A stretch of 32,000 bases of DNA from NCBI RefSeq assembly GCF_000015585.1, contig NC_008789.1, positions 1,140,001 through 1,172,000 on the forward strand, given 5' to 3'. The notes below the pieces were generated by a model. The model had not been told where the DNA came from and ran no database searches. It was given only the letters and a program-made list of their open reading frames with translations. This stretch comes from Halorhodospira halophila SL1 (GTDB taxonomy: Bacteria; Pseudomonadota; Gammaproteobacteria; Nitrococcales; Halorhodospiraceae). Of this stretch, positions 1 through 15,800 are shown one piece after another; position 1 is the first letter of the stretch, and every line of letters begins with the position of its first letter. A program made the translations under genes and the position numbers.

Positions 1-2
1 AG

Positions 3-86
3 CAGGCCGCGGAGTCTTTCTATCAGTGGCGCGGCACCTACCCGCAAACGGCCCCGGTGATCGAGGCGCTGCGCATCGGGGCCTGA
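3..86 (+). CDS. 3' end of an unidentified CDS (partial, enters from the window edge)
   Basis: Open frame from the window edge (QAAESFYQWRGTYPQTAPVIEALRIGA*) ending at TGA 84-86. Third codon positions are almost all G/C, as in the confirmed genes. Too short to assign a family. Confidence 0.3.
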   Translation, partial: QAAESFYQWRGTYPQTAPVIEALRIGA

Positions 87-111
87 CGCGGCCCACCCGC
101 CCCGACCGCGG

Positions 112-546
112 CTACTCCTCGCGGCTGTTGACCATCACCTCGGCCTCACCGGTGAGCACGGTACGCTTGCGCACGTAGCAGCGGGTATCCAGCCGCACCC
201 GGCGCCGCTGGGCATCGACCTCGAGCACCGTCGCCTCGGCGCGGACGGTGTCGCCGATGCGCACCGGGGCCTGGAAACGCAGCTGCTGCCCCAGGTAGAT
301 GGCGCCGGGCCCCGGCATGCGGGTGCCAAGGACGCAGGAGATCAGCCCACCGAGGAACAGCCCGTGGGCGATCCGCCCCTTGGCGAAGGTCGTCGAGGCG
401 AACTCCTCGTTGATGTGGACGGGGTTGTTGTCTCCGGAAAGACCCGCGAAGAGGACCAGATCCGCCTCGGTGACGGTCCGCGTATACGACCCGGCCATCC
501 CCGGCTCCAGATCCTCCACGCAGTAACCCTGCAACTCGTGAACCAT
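112..546 (-). CDS. MaoC-like (R)-specific enoyl-CoA hydratase / hot-dog fold dehydratase
   Basis: ATG at 546-544 (MVHELQGY...) inside the longer 112..825 track ORF; 144 aa. The LFAGLSGDNNPVHINEEFA...GRIAHG motif is the MaoC/PhaJ hydratase signature. The 93 upstream codons of the track ORF are Cys/Arg/Pro-rich and run into the gltB leader, so I treat them as non-coding. Confidence 0.85.
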   Translation of the reverse strand: MVHELQGYCVEDLEPGMAGSYTRTVTEADLVLFAGLSGDNNPVHINEEFASTTFAKGRIAHGLFLGGLISCVLGTRMPGPGAIYLGQQLRFQAPVRIGDTVRAEATVLEVDAQRRRVRLDTRCYVRKRTVLTGEAEVMVNSREE

Positions 547-674
547 ACGCGCGCTCCCGATCGCTGCCGGCGCCGACCCCCGGCAAATACGGATGGTGAA
601 TGGGTTGTCACTCTGACACGCGCCAGGGCAAAAAGACCACAGGGACGGCGCGCCGAACCACCCGCACTCGGCGT

Positions 675-703
675 TTGCGCCCACAGAGGCTCGTGAATAT
701 ACT
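675..703 (+). promoter_or_regulatory. Candidate sigma70 promoter for gltBD (TTGCGC-17 nt-TATACT)
   Basis: TTGCGC at 675-680, a 17-nt spacer, then TATACT at 698-703, in the 260-bp divergent gap between the MaoC-like gene and gltB. Pattern match only. Confidence 0.3.
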
Positions 704-806
704 ACCGTCCCGCTTTTGTCGGCGGGTGATCGACACCGGCGGCACACCGGGCATAGCGGACCGGCCGCCCCATCAAAAAACGACCCCGCAGCATCCAGAG
801 GCGACC

Positions 807-6718
<5,912 letters not shown>

Positions 6719-6728
6719 GAGTGACGCG

Positions 6729-7823
6729 GTGAGCAGCTCTGAGCTCAAGAACGATCGAATCCTGCGCGCTTTCCAGCGCCAGCCCGTGGACCGGACCCCG
6801 GTCTGGATGATGCGCCAGGCCGGCCGCTATCTGGCCGAATATCGAGAGGTGCGGGCCCAGGCCGGCAGCTTCATGGGCCTGTGCCGCAGCCCCGAGCTGG
6901 CGGCCCGGGTGACCATGCAGCCGCTGGAGCGCTACGAGCTCGACGCCGCCATTCTCTTCTCGGACATCCTCACCATCCCCGAGGCCATGGGGCTCGGCCT
7001 GAACTTCGTCACCGGCGAGGGGCCGGTCTTCGAGCACCGGGTCAAGACCGCCGCCGACATCGACCGGCTGCCCCAGCCCTCGGCCCAGAAAGAGCTGCGC
7101 TACGTCATGGATGCGGTGGCAGCCTGCCGCAAGGAGCTGAACGGACAGGTGCCGCTGATCGGCTTCACCGGCAGCCCGTGGACCCTGGCCACTTACATGA
7201 TCGAAGGCGGCTCGAGCAAGACCTTCGCCGCCAGCAAGAGTCTGCTCTTCAACGAGCCGGAGGCCGCGCACCGGCTGATGGCCAAGCTCGCCGACACCGT
7301 GGCCGACTACCTCAACGGCCAGGTAGAGGCTGGCGCGCAGGCGCTGATGATCTTTGACACCTGGGGCGGGGCCCTGGATCCGGTGCGTTACCGGGAGTTC
7401 TCGCTGGCCTATATGCAGCGCATCCTCGAGCAACTCCCCCGCGAGCGCGAGGGGCGTCGTATCCCGGTCACCCTGTTCACCAAGGGCGGCGGCCAGTGGC
7501 TGGAGGATATCGCCGACACCGGCTGTGACGGCGTCGGCCTCGACTGGACGACCTCGCTGGCCGACGCCCGGCGCCGGATCGGCGGCCGGGTGGCCCTGCA
7601 GGGGAACCTCGATCCGTGCATGCTCCACGCCAACCCCGAGGTCATCCGCCGCGAGGTGGCCCGCTGCCTGGAAGAGTTCGGCCACGGTCCGGGCCACGTG
7701 TTCAACCTTGGCCACGGCATCCAGCCGGAGACGCCGCCGGAGAATGTCGATGCCATGATCCGGGCCCTCCACGAACTCTCGCCGGCCTACCATGACGCAA
7801 CGGCCACCTCGGCCACGTCGTAG
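6729..7823 (+). CDS. hemE: Uroporphyrinogen decarboxylase
   Basis: GTG 6729 with AGGAG (6717-6721) 7 nt upstream. [34 protein letters not shown]... is near-identical in pattern to E. coli HemE, and the similarity continues to the C-terminus (HVFNLGHGI). Confidence 0.95.
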
Positions 7824-8262
7824 GCGGCGGAGACAGCGCACCCTCTCGGCGGGCGTCATTCCGGTGCGCTTCGCCGAGAGGGGGCGGCTCTATCTGCTCC
7901 TGCGCGCCTTCCAGTACTGGGACTTTCCCAAGGGCAAGGTGGAAACCGGCGAGGAACCCCTCGAGGCGGCCCGCCGCGAGGTCCAGGAGGAGGCCGGGAT
8001 CACCGAGCTGAGCTTCCGCTGGGGGTATCACTACTTCGAGACCGGTCCCTACGCCCAGGGCAAGGTGGCCCGTTACTACCTCGCCGAGACCACCACCCGA
8101 CGCGTCGTCCTGGGGATCAATCCGGAGCTTGGCCGCCCCGAACACCACGAGTACCGCTGGGTCACGCCGGCCGAGGCGTACCGGCTCGCCTCACCGCGCG
8201 TTCGCGAGGTCCTCGACTGGGCGGAGGCGCGGATCACCAGGCCGGTGCACGACGACGCCTGA
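7792..8262 (+). CDS. NUDIX hydrolase (short, Ap4A-hydrolase-like)
   Basis: Nudix box [23 protein letters not shown]. 156 aa from ATG 7792, which overlaps the hemE 3' end by 32 nt. No better start lies downstream without truncating the fold. Confidence 0.8.
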
Positions 8263-8270
8263 GCCCAGCA

Positions 8271-9176
8271 TCAGCTGCGCCCGTATCGCCACCCCACGGC
8301 CCCCTCCCAGGCATCCCGGGCAAAGTATCCGAGCAGCGCCAGCAGGATCACCGCGCCGCCGAGCATCGACGGGACCGGCGGCACCTCGGCGAAGACCAGC
8401 CACACCCAGACCGGGCCCAGCGCCGCTTCAAGCAGCAGGACCAGACTCACCTCCGGCGAGGGGAGATACCGGGTGGACTGGGCGATGAGCAGCAGCGCCA
8501 GCGGCATCTGCACCAGGCCCATCACCCCGAGCACCGCGTAGCTATCCCAGCCCAGCGCCAGCGGCGCCGCCCAGGGCGCCGCGCACACGGCGGCCACCAC
8601 ACCGCCGGTGGCCACCACCGGCAGGCGGTTGATCTCCGGCCGGGCGCGCAACAGGGTGAGATTGGCACCCATATTGGCGGCGGCCAGCAGGGCCGCCAGG
8701 TCGCCCAGCCGCCCGCCGGGCTCCGCGGGGCCACTGAAGATCACCGCCATGCCGACGATCACCGCGGCGATGGTCCACCAGGTCCGCGTCTGGATCGGTT
8801 CACGCAGGAAGAGCCAGGTGAACACCGCCGAGAAGAGCGGCGCGGTGGCGAAGAGCACCAGCACGTTGGCGGCGTGGGTGTTGAGCACGGCGAAGACGAA
8901 GAGGATCGAGTTCAACCCGAAGAGCAGCCCGGAAGCCGCCGCGGCCCGGCCGCCGCGGCGCCAGATGCGCAGGGTGTAGCGACCCTGGGTGGCGAAGAGC
9001 AGAGCGCTGACCGCCAGCGCCATCAACAGCCCCCGCCAGAAGACCACGTCCCAGCCCTCGGCCCCGGCCATGCGCACCAACACCGCATCGAAGCTCAGCG
9101 CCGTCACCCCGGCGGCGGCGATCATCAGGCCCTTGGCCCGGTCCTGGGCAGCGTACGGCGTGGCACTCCTCGGCAT
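8271..9176 (-). CDS. EamA/DMT-family (drug/metabolite) transporter
   Basis: 301 aa and about 10 hydrophobic helices in two halves, typical of the duplicated EamA domain. ATG 9176-9174 is preceded by AAGGAG with a 10-nt spacer. Confidence 0.8.
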   Translation of the reverse strand: MPRSATPYAAQDRAKGLMIAAAGVTALSFDAVLVRMAGAEGWDVVFWRGLLMALAVSALLFATQGRYTLRIWRRGGRAAAASGLLFGLNSILFVFAVLNTHAANVLVLFATAPLFSAVFTWLFLREPIQTRTWWTIAAVIVGMAVIFSGPAEPGGRLGDLAALLAAANMGANLTLLRARPEINRLPVVATGGVVAAVCAAPWAAPLALGWDSYAVLGVMGLVQMPLALLLIAQSTRYLPSPEVSLVLLLEAALGPVWVWLVFAEVPPVPSMLGGAVILLALLGYFARDAWEGAVGWRYGRS

Positions 9177-9271
9177 GGGTGTACGTCTCCTTACTGGACG
9201 GCCCGGCGCGGGCGCAGGTAGGGCCGGAAGGCCGGCAACGCCGGCGAGGGTAACGCCTCCCGCCGGCGGTT

Positions 9272-11467
9272 TCAGTAGGTCGCGAAGCGGATACCGGCGT
9301 AGATGGTCCGCTCCGGGGCCGGCTCGAAGTAGCCACCGTCTTCCAGACTGTTATCCGATTCGTTGGCCGCGTTGATGCGCACGTTGGCGTCGTAGGTGGC
9401 GTCGAAGAGGTTGTTCACCCCGAAGAAGGGCTCGGCCTCGTAGGCGTCGGTGACGAAGGTCCGGCTGGCGTGGAGGCCGACCTCCGTATAGCCGGAGCTG
9501 CGCTGGGTGTTGCGGTCGTCGGCCCAGATGCCCTCGCTGGCGCGCACATCGGCGGCCCAGCGCCAGCCGCTGGGGGCCTGCCAGGCCGTCTCCAGGTAGC
9601 CGTGGGCCCGCGGCACACCGGGGATGCGGTTGCCACGAACCTGATCGGGGTCCTCGGCGCCGGATACGCCCTCCAACTCGGACGTCTCGAAATCCCGGAA
9701 GGTAAATTGCCCGTAGGCCAGGGCGGCCGTCACCTCCAGGCGCTCCGTGGGGAAGGCCTCCACCCCCAACTCCACGCCACGCCGGCGAGTCTCGCCGGCG
9801 TTCGCATACCGGGTCGGGCCGTCTGCATCCTCCTGCGGAACCAGCTCATCCTCCGTCCGCACCTGGAAGAGGGTCAGCTCGTAGCGCAGCCGCCGATCCA
9901 GGGCCCGCCCCTTGACGCCGACCTCCACGGAGCGCGCCTGCTGCGGCTCGATGGTGTCGTCGATGCCCCCGGCGTCCCGGTCCCACAGCTCCCAGAGCGT
10001 CGGCGTCTCGAAGGCGGAGCTGGCCTTGGCGTAGAGGCTGTGGTCCTCGGCCACGGCGTAGCGCACCCCGGCGAGGTAGCTGGGCTCGGTGTAGGTCTGA
10101 CTGTCGGTATCCAACCCCGCCTCGCGATCATCGATGCTCAGCCGAGTCCAGTCCAGACGCCCGCCACCGACCAGCCGCCAGCGCGGCGCCACCTCCCAGT
10201 CCGCCTGCAGGTAGCCGGCCACCACCTGGGCCCGCTCCCGCTGATCGTTGGTCCGCTCACCCTCACGACCGTTGTTGTTCACGTACCGTTGCCGGTCGTC
10301 GTACTGCCACTCGGCGTCCGTGCCCACCGACACCTGCACCGGGCGCCCGGCGGCCTCGGTACGCCGCACGTGACGGCCGCCGACGCCGCCGTAGTAGCGC
10401 TCAAAGGTGACAATGCCGCCTGGGTCACCATTACCACCCGGGAACGGGTTCCGCCGGTAGAAGTCCCGGCGCTGCAGGAAGGCCCGCCCCTCCCAAAACT
10501 CGGTGGCCGACGGCTCGGCGGTGAGGATCACGGCACCGGTCTGCTGCTCCACCTCTTCGCCGGCGTCACGGTCCACGGCGTTGTCCGTCGCTTGCCGACG
10601 ATCGTCCCGCACCTGTTCGCGGCTCAGCCCGCCGGGGTCTTGAGCCTCCGGCGCATCGAGGAGGTTGGCGATAAAGCGCAGCCGCTCGCCGCCGGCCAGA
10701 TCGCGGTCGAGCTTGATATTCAGTCGGCGCTGCGCCGCGCCCGAATGGTCGCGGTAGCCGTCCATCTCCTGGTTGGAGGCGGTCACCGCCGTGCGCCAGG
10801 CCTCCTCGGCACGACCGCCCCAGACCCGCTGGGCCCGCTCGCCGTGGCTGCCGAAGAGCACCTCGCCGCCGAGGAACTCGCCGCTCTCCGGGGGTTCCAG
10901 GGTGGTGAAGCGGAAGACACCGCCGGCGGCGTTGCCGTAGAGGGCGGAGGCCGGCCCGCGGATGACCTCCAGCTGCTCCACAAAGGCCGGGTCCAGGGCG
11001 TCGAGCTGGCTCTGGCCGTCGGCCACGGTGTACGGCACGTCGTCGACCAAGGCCCGTATGCCGCGCACCCCAAAGGGTGAGCGGGCCCCGAACCCGCGCA
11101 CCGACAGGCGCAGGTCCTGGGCGGCGTTGTAGCGGTTCTGCGTATGCACGCCGGGGACCCGATCGAGGCCCTGATCCAGGGAGAGGCGCCGGCCGCTGGC
11201 GTAGGCCTCGCGGCCGACGACGGAGACGGCCGCCGGGTAGTCGTCGGGGTCCACGTCGAGCCGCGGCACGGTGGCGACCACCGGCGGCAGCGCCGCCTCC
11301 GCGCCGAGCGCCGGACCGGTGGGACCGAGGGCCAGCGATAACCCCACCCACAGTCCCCCGAGAAAGGCGCCAGGCCCGCGTGCTACATTCGACCCTGATC
11401 TGCGCCGCGCACCAGGACCACCGATGATTCGCCGGCTCACCCCAATCACGCCTGCCCCGCTGCCCAT
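9272..11467 (-). CDS. TonB-dependent outer-membrane receptor (substrate unknown)
   Basis: Plug-domain motifs (VVGRE...LDQGLDRVPGVHT, LSVRGFG, VEQLEVIRGPASALYGNAAGGV), followed by a long beta-barrel with a terminal aromatic residue (..GIRFATY). The start is uncertain: ATG 11467, GTG 11440 or the track start 11503. The signal-like segment is AFLGGLWVGLSLALGPTGPALGA/EA. Confidence 0.85.
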   Translation of the reverse strand: MGSGAGVIGVSRRIIGGPGARRRSGSNVARGPGAFLGGLWVGLSLALGPTGPALGAEAALPPVVATVPRLDVDPDDYPAAVSVVGREAYASGRRLSLDQGLDRVPGVHTQNRYNAAQDLRLSVRGFGARSPFGVRGIRALVDDVPYTVADGQSQLDALDPAFVEQLEVIRGPASALYGNAAGGVFRFTTLEPPESGEFLGGEVLFGSHGERAQRVWGGRAEEAWRTAVTASNQEMDGYRDHSGAAQRRLNIKLDRDLAGGERLRFIANLLDAPEAQDPGGLSREQVRDDRRQATDNAVDRDAGEEVEQQTGAVILTAEPSATEFWEGRAFLQRRDFYRRNPFPGGNGDPGGIVTFERYYGGVGGRHVRRTEAAGRPVQVSVGTDAEWQYDDRQRYVNNNGREGERTNDQRERAQVVAGYLQADWEVAPRWRLVGGGRLDWTRLSIDDREAGLDTDSQTYTEPSYLAGVRYAVAEDHSLYAKASSAFETPTLWELWDRDAGGIDDTIEPQQARSVEVGVKGRALDRRLRYELTLFQVRTEDELVPQEDADGPTRYANAGETRRRGVELGVEAFPTERLEVTAALAYGQFTFRDFETSELEGVSGAEDPDQVRGNRIPGVPRAHGYLETAWQAPSGWRWAADVRASEGIWADDRNTQRSSGYTEVGLHASRTFVTDAYEAEPFFGVNNLFDATYDANVRINAANESDNSLEDGGYFEPAPERTIYAGIRFATY

Positions 11468-12863
11468 GCTCACCACCCCGATGCTGCTCTTCGCCCTGGC
11501 CACCCCCGCCTACGGCGCGGAGACCGCACCGGCGGAGTTCGAGCCGCCGCCCCTCAGCACCCGTACGCTGCCGGAAGGGGAGCGTGAGGTCATCAGCGAC
11601 GGACAGGATCGCACGGCGCTGGCGGTCAGCGTCTACCTGCGGGGGGCTGCAGTGTTCCGCGAGACCCGGGAGATCGGGCTCCCCGACGGGCCGGCGCGGC
11701 TCGTCCTGGCGGACGTGCCGGAACATCTCGATGCCGGTACGGTGAGCCTCGATTCCGAACACCGTCCGCAGGTCACCGCCGCCTCGTTCACCCCCGGCGA
11801 CCTCGACCAGGACGCCCTCCTCCGCCACCACCTCGGCAGCGAGATCCGCTACCGTGCCCACCCCCAGGGGGACTGGGAACGCGCCCGGTTGCTCGCCTTT
11901 GATGCGGACGAGGCCATCGTCGCCACCGAGGCGGCGGTCCACCCGCTGCCCCGGGACGGCGACACGCGTTTTGCCTTCCCGGAGAGGCCGGGCCACCTCT
12001 ACGGCTCCCCCACCCTGGAGCTGACCGTGGACAGCGAGAGCGGCGGTACCCACCCCGCCACTCTGGCCTACCGTAGCGACGGACTCACCTGGCGTGCCGA
12101 ATACCAGCTCCACGCCGCCGAAGACGAGCCGGCACGCCTGGACGGCTACGCCCGCGTGGACAACGGCACCGGCCTCGACCTGCGCCAGGCCAAACTGACC
12201 TTCATCGGCGCCAGCCTCGACGACGACGCCATGCGCACCCTGGCCCAGGCCGAGTCGGTTACGGCCGACCGAGTGGGCGGCCTGCCCCGCTTCCAGACCG
12301 CCGAGCGCTACGACCTGCTGGCCGGCCGCAGCCACCGCATCCACCTGTTCCGTGAAACGCCCGAGGCCTTCAACCGCCACCACCGGCTGCGCGGCGACGC
12401 CGGCGCCGAGCCGGACCGCCCGCAGCAGTCGGCGGCCCGGCGCGTGGCCGGCTGGCAGGCGGGCACCGACCTGCCCCCCGGTCGGGTCACCCTGCTCACC
12501 GGGCCACCCGGGGCGACCGAGCCGGTCGGCGAAGGGCGGATTCAAGGGACCGCCGCCGGGGACGAGGTCGAGGTGGATCTGGGACCCGCCTTCACCGTGA
12601 CCGGCGAGCGCACCCTGCAGGAGCGCCGTAGGCTCGAAGAGGCCGAGGGCTTCGAGGCCGCCTGGCGAATCCGCGTGCGCAACCGCGGCGAGACCGCCAC
12701 CCGGGTCGAGCTCGAAGAGCGTCTGCCCGGGGACTGGGAGCTGCTTGAGACCAGCCACGAGCCGACACGCACCGAGGGCCGCTGGGCGCTCTGGGATCTG
12801 GCGCTGGAGGCCGACGACGAGGCGACCCTGGAATACCGGGTGCGCGTGGAGCGAGAGGAATGA
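11424..12863 (+). CDS. DUF4140/DUF4139-like (MuiA-type) exported protein of unknown function
   Basis: ATG 11424 (AGGA 7 nt upstream) gives MIRRLTPITPAPLPMLTTPMLLFALATPAYGA/E, a signal-peptide-like N-terminus; an alternative ATG lies at 11466. LAVSVYLRGAAVFRETREIGLPDGPARLVLADVPEHLDAGTVSL and later LTWRAEYQL...LDGYARVDNGTGLDLRQAKLTFI match my recollection of the DUF4140/DUF4139 pattern. Confidence 0.7.
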   Translation: MIRRLTPITPAPLPMLTTPMLLFALATPAYGAETAPAEFEPPPLSTRTLPEGEREVISDGQDRTALAVSVYLRGAAVFRETREIGLPDGPARLVLADVPEHLDAGTVSLDSEHRPQVTAASFTPGDLDQDALLRHHLGSEIRYRAHPQGDWERARLLAFDADEAIVATEAAVHPLPRDGDTRFAFPERPGHLYGSPTLELTVDSESGGTHPATLAYRSDGLTWRAEYQLHAAEDEPARLDGYARVDNGTGLDLRQAKLTFIGASLDDDAMRTLAQAESVTADRVGGLPRFQTAERYDLLAGRSHRIHLFRETPEAFNRHHRLRGDAGAEPDRPQQSAARRVAGWQAGTDLPPGRVTLLTGPPGATEPVGEGRIQGTAAGDEVEVDLGPAFTVTGERTLQERRRLEEAEGFEAAWRIRVRNRGETATRVELEERLPGDWELLETSHEPTRTEGRWALWDLALEADDEATLEYRVRVEREE

Positions 12864-15800
12864 CCGAAGACCCTGTTGCCCTGGATGGCCTTCGCTATGC
12901 GGACCTGCAACACCGCGCCGGCCTGCTGGAGCTCGACCGTCGCTTCCTGGAGCGCCTGGAGGCCGCAGCCCCGGAGCTGGCGGCGAAGCTCCGGACCCGG
13001 CGCGACCCCGCCGCCGGCCCGACGCTGAGCAACCGTCACCTGGGGGAGTGGCTGATCGCCACGGCACCCTATCTGGAGGCGTTCCTCGCCGAGGCCTTCG
13101 ACATCCAGGAGCCGCTGCAGGACGTCCGCGACGCCCTCACCCGGGACGCCGAGGTCATGGCCTTCCGTCGGGATTGGATCCAGAAGCGCGCTCGCCGACG
13201 CCAGATCCCCGACTACACCTCGTTTACCGAGCTCGACACCTGGCTGGATGAGGCCCTGGAGGCCCGGGGGCTCAACCGCCGAGACCGGGAGCTGGCCGTC
13301 GCCCGACTGGCCGGGCAGTACGCCGCCGAGACCGACACCGAGGTCGAGCGGGAGCGCCTGCTGGACTGGTGTGCCGCTGCCCTGCACACCGCGCCGGGGC
13401 AGGCGGCCGTTGCCGGGTGGGCGGCCTTTCGGCTTCCGCAGCGCGTGGACCACGCCCATCTGGTCGAACTGGAGTCCGAGGCGACGGGGCCACGGGGCCA
13501 GCCCGTCCGCTTCCACGCTCCCCGTGCCCGCTGGCGCAACCGGGATGGCTTCGAGCTCACCGATGCCCGCGCCCCGCAACGCCAGGTCAGCGCCGAAGCC
13601 CACTACTGCATCTACTGCCACGACCACGAGGGCGACTTCTGCTCCCGCGGCTTCCCGGAGAAGAAGGGCGATCCGGAACTCGGCTACAAGGCGGACCCGC
13701 TGGGGGTTCAGCTCACCGGATGCCCGCTGGAGGAGCGGATCTCGGAGATGAACCGCCTCTACCGGGACGGCCACCCGCTCGCCGCACTCGCCGTGGCGAT
13801 GGTGGACAACCCCATGGTCCCGGCCACCGGCCACCGGATCTGCAACGACTGCATGAAGGCCTGCATCTATCAGAAGCAGGACCCGGTGGACATCCCGCAG
13901 ATCGAGACTCGCACCCTTACCGACGTGCTCGGGCTGCCCTATGGCGTCGAGCTCTACCATCTGCTGGCGCGCTGGAACCCCTTGCGCGCCGATCAGTACC
14001 TGCCCGCCGAGGAGAACGGCCGCCGGGTGCTCATCGCCGGCCAGGGGCCCGCCGGCTTCACCATGGCCCATCACCTGACCATGGCCGGCTGCACTGTGGT
14101 GGCCGTCGATGGGCTAAAGATCGAACCGCTGCCCCGGGAGTGGCTCGACGGACCCATCCGCGACTGGTCGCGGGTCTGGGAACCGCTGGAGACCCGGACC
14201 CTCTACGGTTTCGGTGGGGTCGCCGAGTACGGGATCACCAACCGCTGGGACAAGAACTTCCTCAAGCTCATCTACCTCACCCTGGCCCGGCGGGAGCGCT
14301 ACGCGGTCCACGGCGGCGTTCGCCTGGGCGGCACCCTCACCCTGGAGGATGCCTGGGCGCTGGGCTTCGACCACGTCTGCATGGCCACCGGGGCCGGCTA
14401 CCCGCGGGTGCTGGACGTCGGCAACAGCCTGGCCCGGGGCATGCGCCAGGCCAACGACTTCCTCATGGCCCTGCAGTTAACCGGCGCGGGGAAAAGCGAG
14501 AGCATCGCCAACCTGCAGGTGCGCATGCCGGCGGTGGTCATTGGCGGCGGACTGACCGCCGTCGATACCGCCACCGAGGTCCAGGCCCACTACATTGCCC
14601 AGGTCGAAAAGGTCCTCGATCACTACGAGGCACTGGACGCTGAAGGCACCGGGTTCGGGACCGAGCTCGGGGCCGAGGACCAGGCCATCCTCGATGAGTT
14701 CCTGGCCCACGGCCGCGCCGTCCGCGCCGAACGCGAGCGGGCCCGGGCCGCCGGCGAGGCGCCGCAGTTCGCGCCACTGCTTCAGGCCTGGGGCGGGGTG
14801 ACCATCGCCTACCGCAAGGGCCTCACCGCCTCGCCGGCCTACGTGCGCAACCACGAGGAGCTGAGCCGGGCCCTGGAGGAGGGCATCCTCTACGCCGAAG
14901 GACTGGAACCCCTGCACGTCCGACTCGACGAACACGAGCACGTGCAGTCGGTGGTCTTTCGGCGCATGCGCCACGACGGCGGCCGCTGGTACGCCACCGG
15001 GCGGGAGACCGAGCTGACTGCCCGCTCGATCTTCGTCGCCGCGGGCACCGTGCCCAACACCATCTACGCCCATGAGTACCCAGGCAGCCTGCAACTGCAG
15101 GGCATCCACTACCGACCCTACGGCTATCGGCGCAAGGGGCTGCAGCCCATCGCCGCCGGCGAACACTGCAAGGCTCCGGAGGTCGGCCCGTTCACCTCCT
15201 ATCAGTCGGCCGGGCGTACCGTCTCGTTCATCGGCGACACACACCCCACCTTCGCCGGCAGCGTGGTACAAGCCATCGCCTCCGCGCGGCGCAGCTACCC
15301 CCAAGTCCTGGCTGCCCTAGGCGGGCTGCCCATGCAGCCCGGGCGCAAGGCGCGCGCCTTCCTGGACAACCTGGCGGCGCGGCTGACCCCGCGGGTGGTC
15401 TCGGTGGAGCAGCCGAGCCCGGCCGTGGCCGAGATCTGGGTGCGCGCCCCACTGGCCGCGGCGCGTTTCCGCCCCGGACAGTTCTTCCGCCTGCAGACCC
15501 TGGAGACCCACAGCCCGGTCATCGAGGGCACCCGGCTTCAGGTCCCGCTAATGACCGTCTCCGGCACCGGGATCGACGGCGACTGCATCCGCCTGATGCT
15601 GTTGCAGTGGGGGGCGGCCCCGCGTATTGCCGCCCACCTGCAACCCGGCGACCCGCTGGTGCTGATGGGGCCCACCGGCGCCCCCACGGAGATCCCCGAA
15701 GACCGCACGGTGATGGTGGTCGCCGGCCGCTGGGGGGCTGCGGTCATGCACGACATCGGCTCCGCGCTGCGTGAGGCCGGCAACCGTGTGCTCTACATCG

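Noticed and set aside
594-608. Sigma54-like element TGGTGA-N5-TTGT upstream of gltB.
   Set aside because: The spacing fits the -24/-12 layout, but the -12 element has GT instead of the near-invariant GC and -24 deviates from TGGCAC. Too weak to call without an activator or conservation.
9240-9267. GC-rich imperfect hairpin GCCGGCGAGGG-TAACG-CCTCCCGCCGGC just beyond the TonB receptor stop.
   Set aside because: The stem has a bulge and no T/U tract follows on the transcribed (-) strand. It may aid termination, but it cannot be distinguished from chance GC-rich complementarity.
11340-11470. Looked for a Fur box or other metal-regulator site upstream of the TonB-dependent receptor.
   Set aside because: No AT-rich GATAATGATAATCATTATC-like sequence is present; the region is GC-rich throughout.
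9470-14643. ORFs 9470..11080 (+) 536 aa, 10566..13067 (-) 833 aa, 12542..14074 (-) 510 aa and 13369..14643 (+) 424 aa.
   Set aside because: They are shadows of the TonB receptor, DUF4139 and oxidoreductase genes. The 833-aa ORF even crosses the divergent gene boundary. They contain no recognisable domains and are dominated by R/G/P/A.
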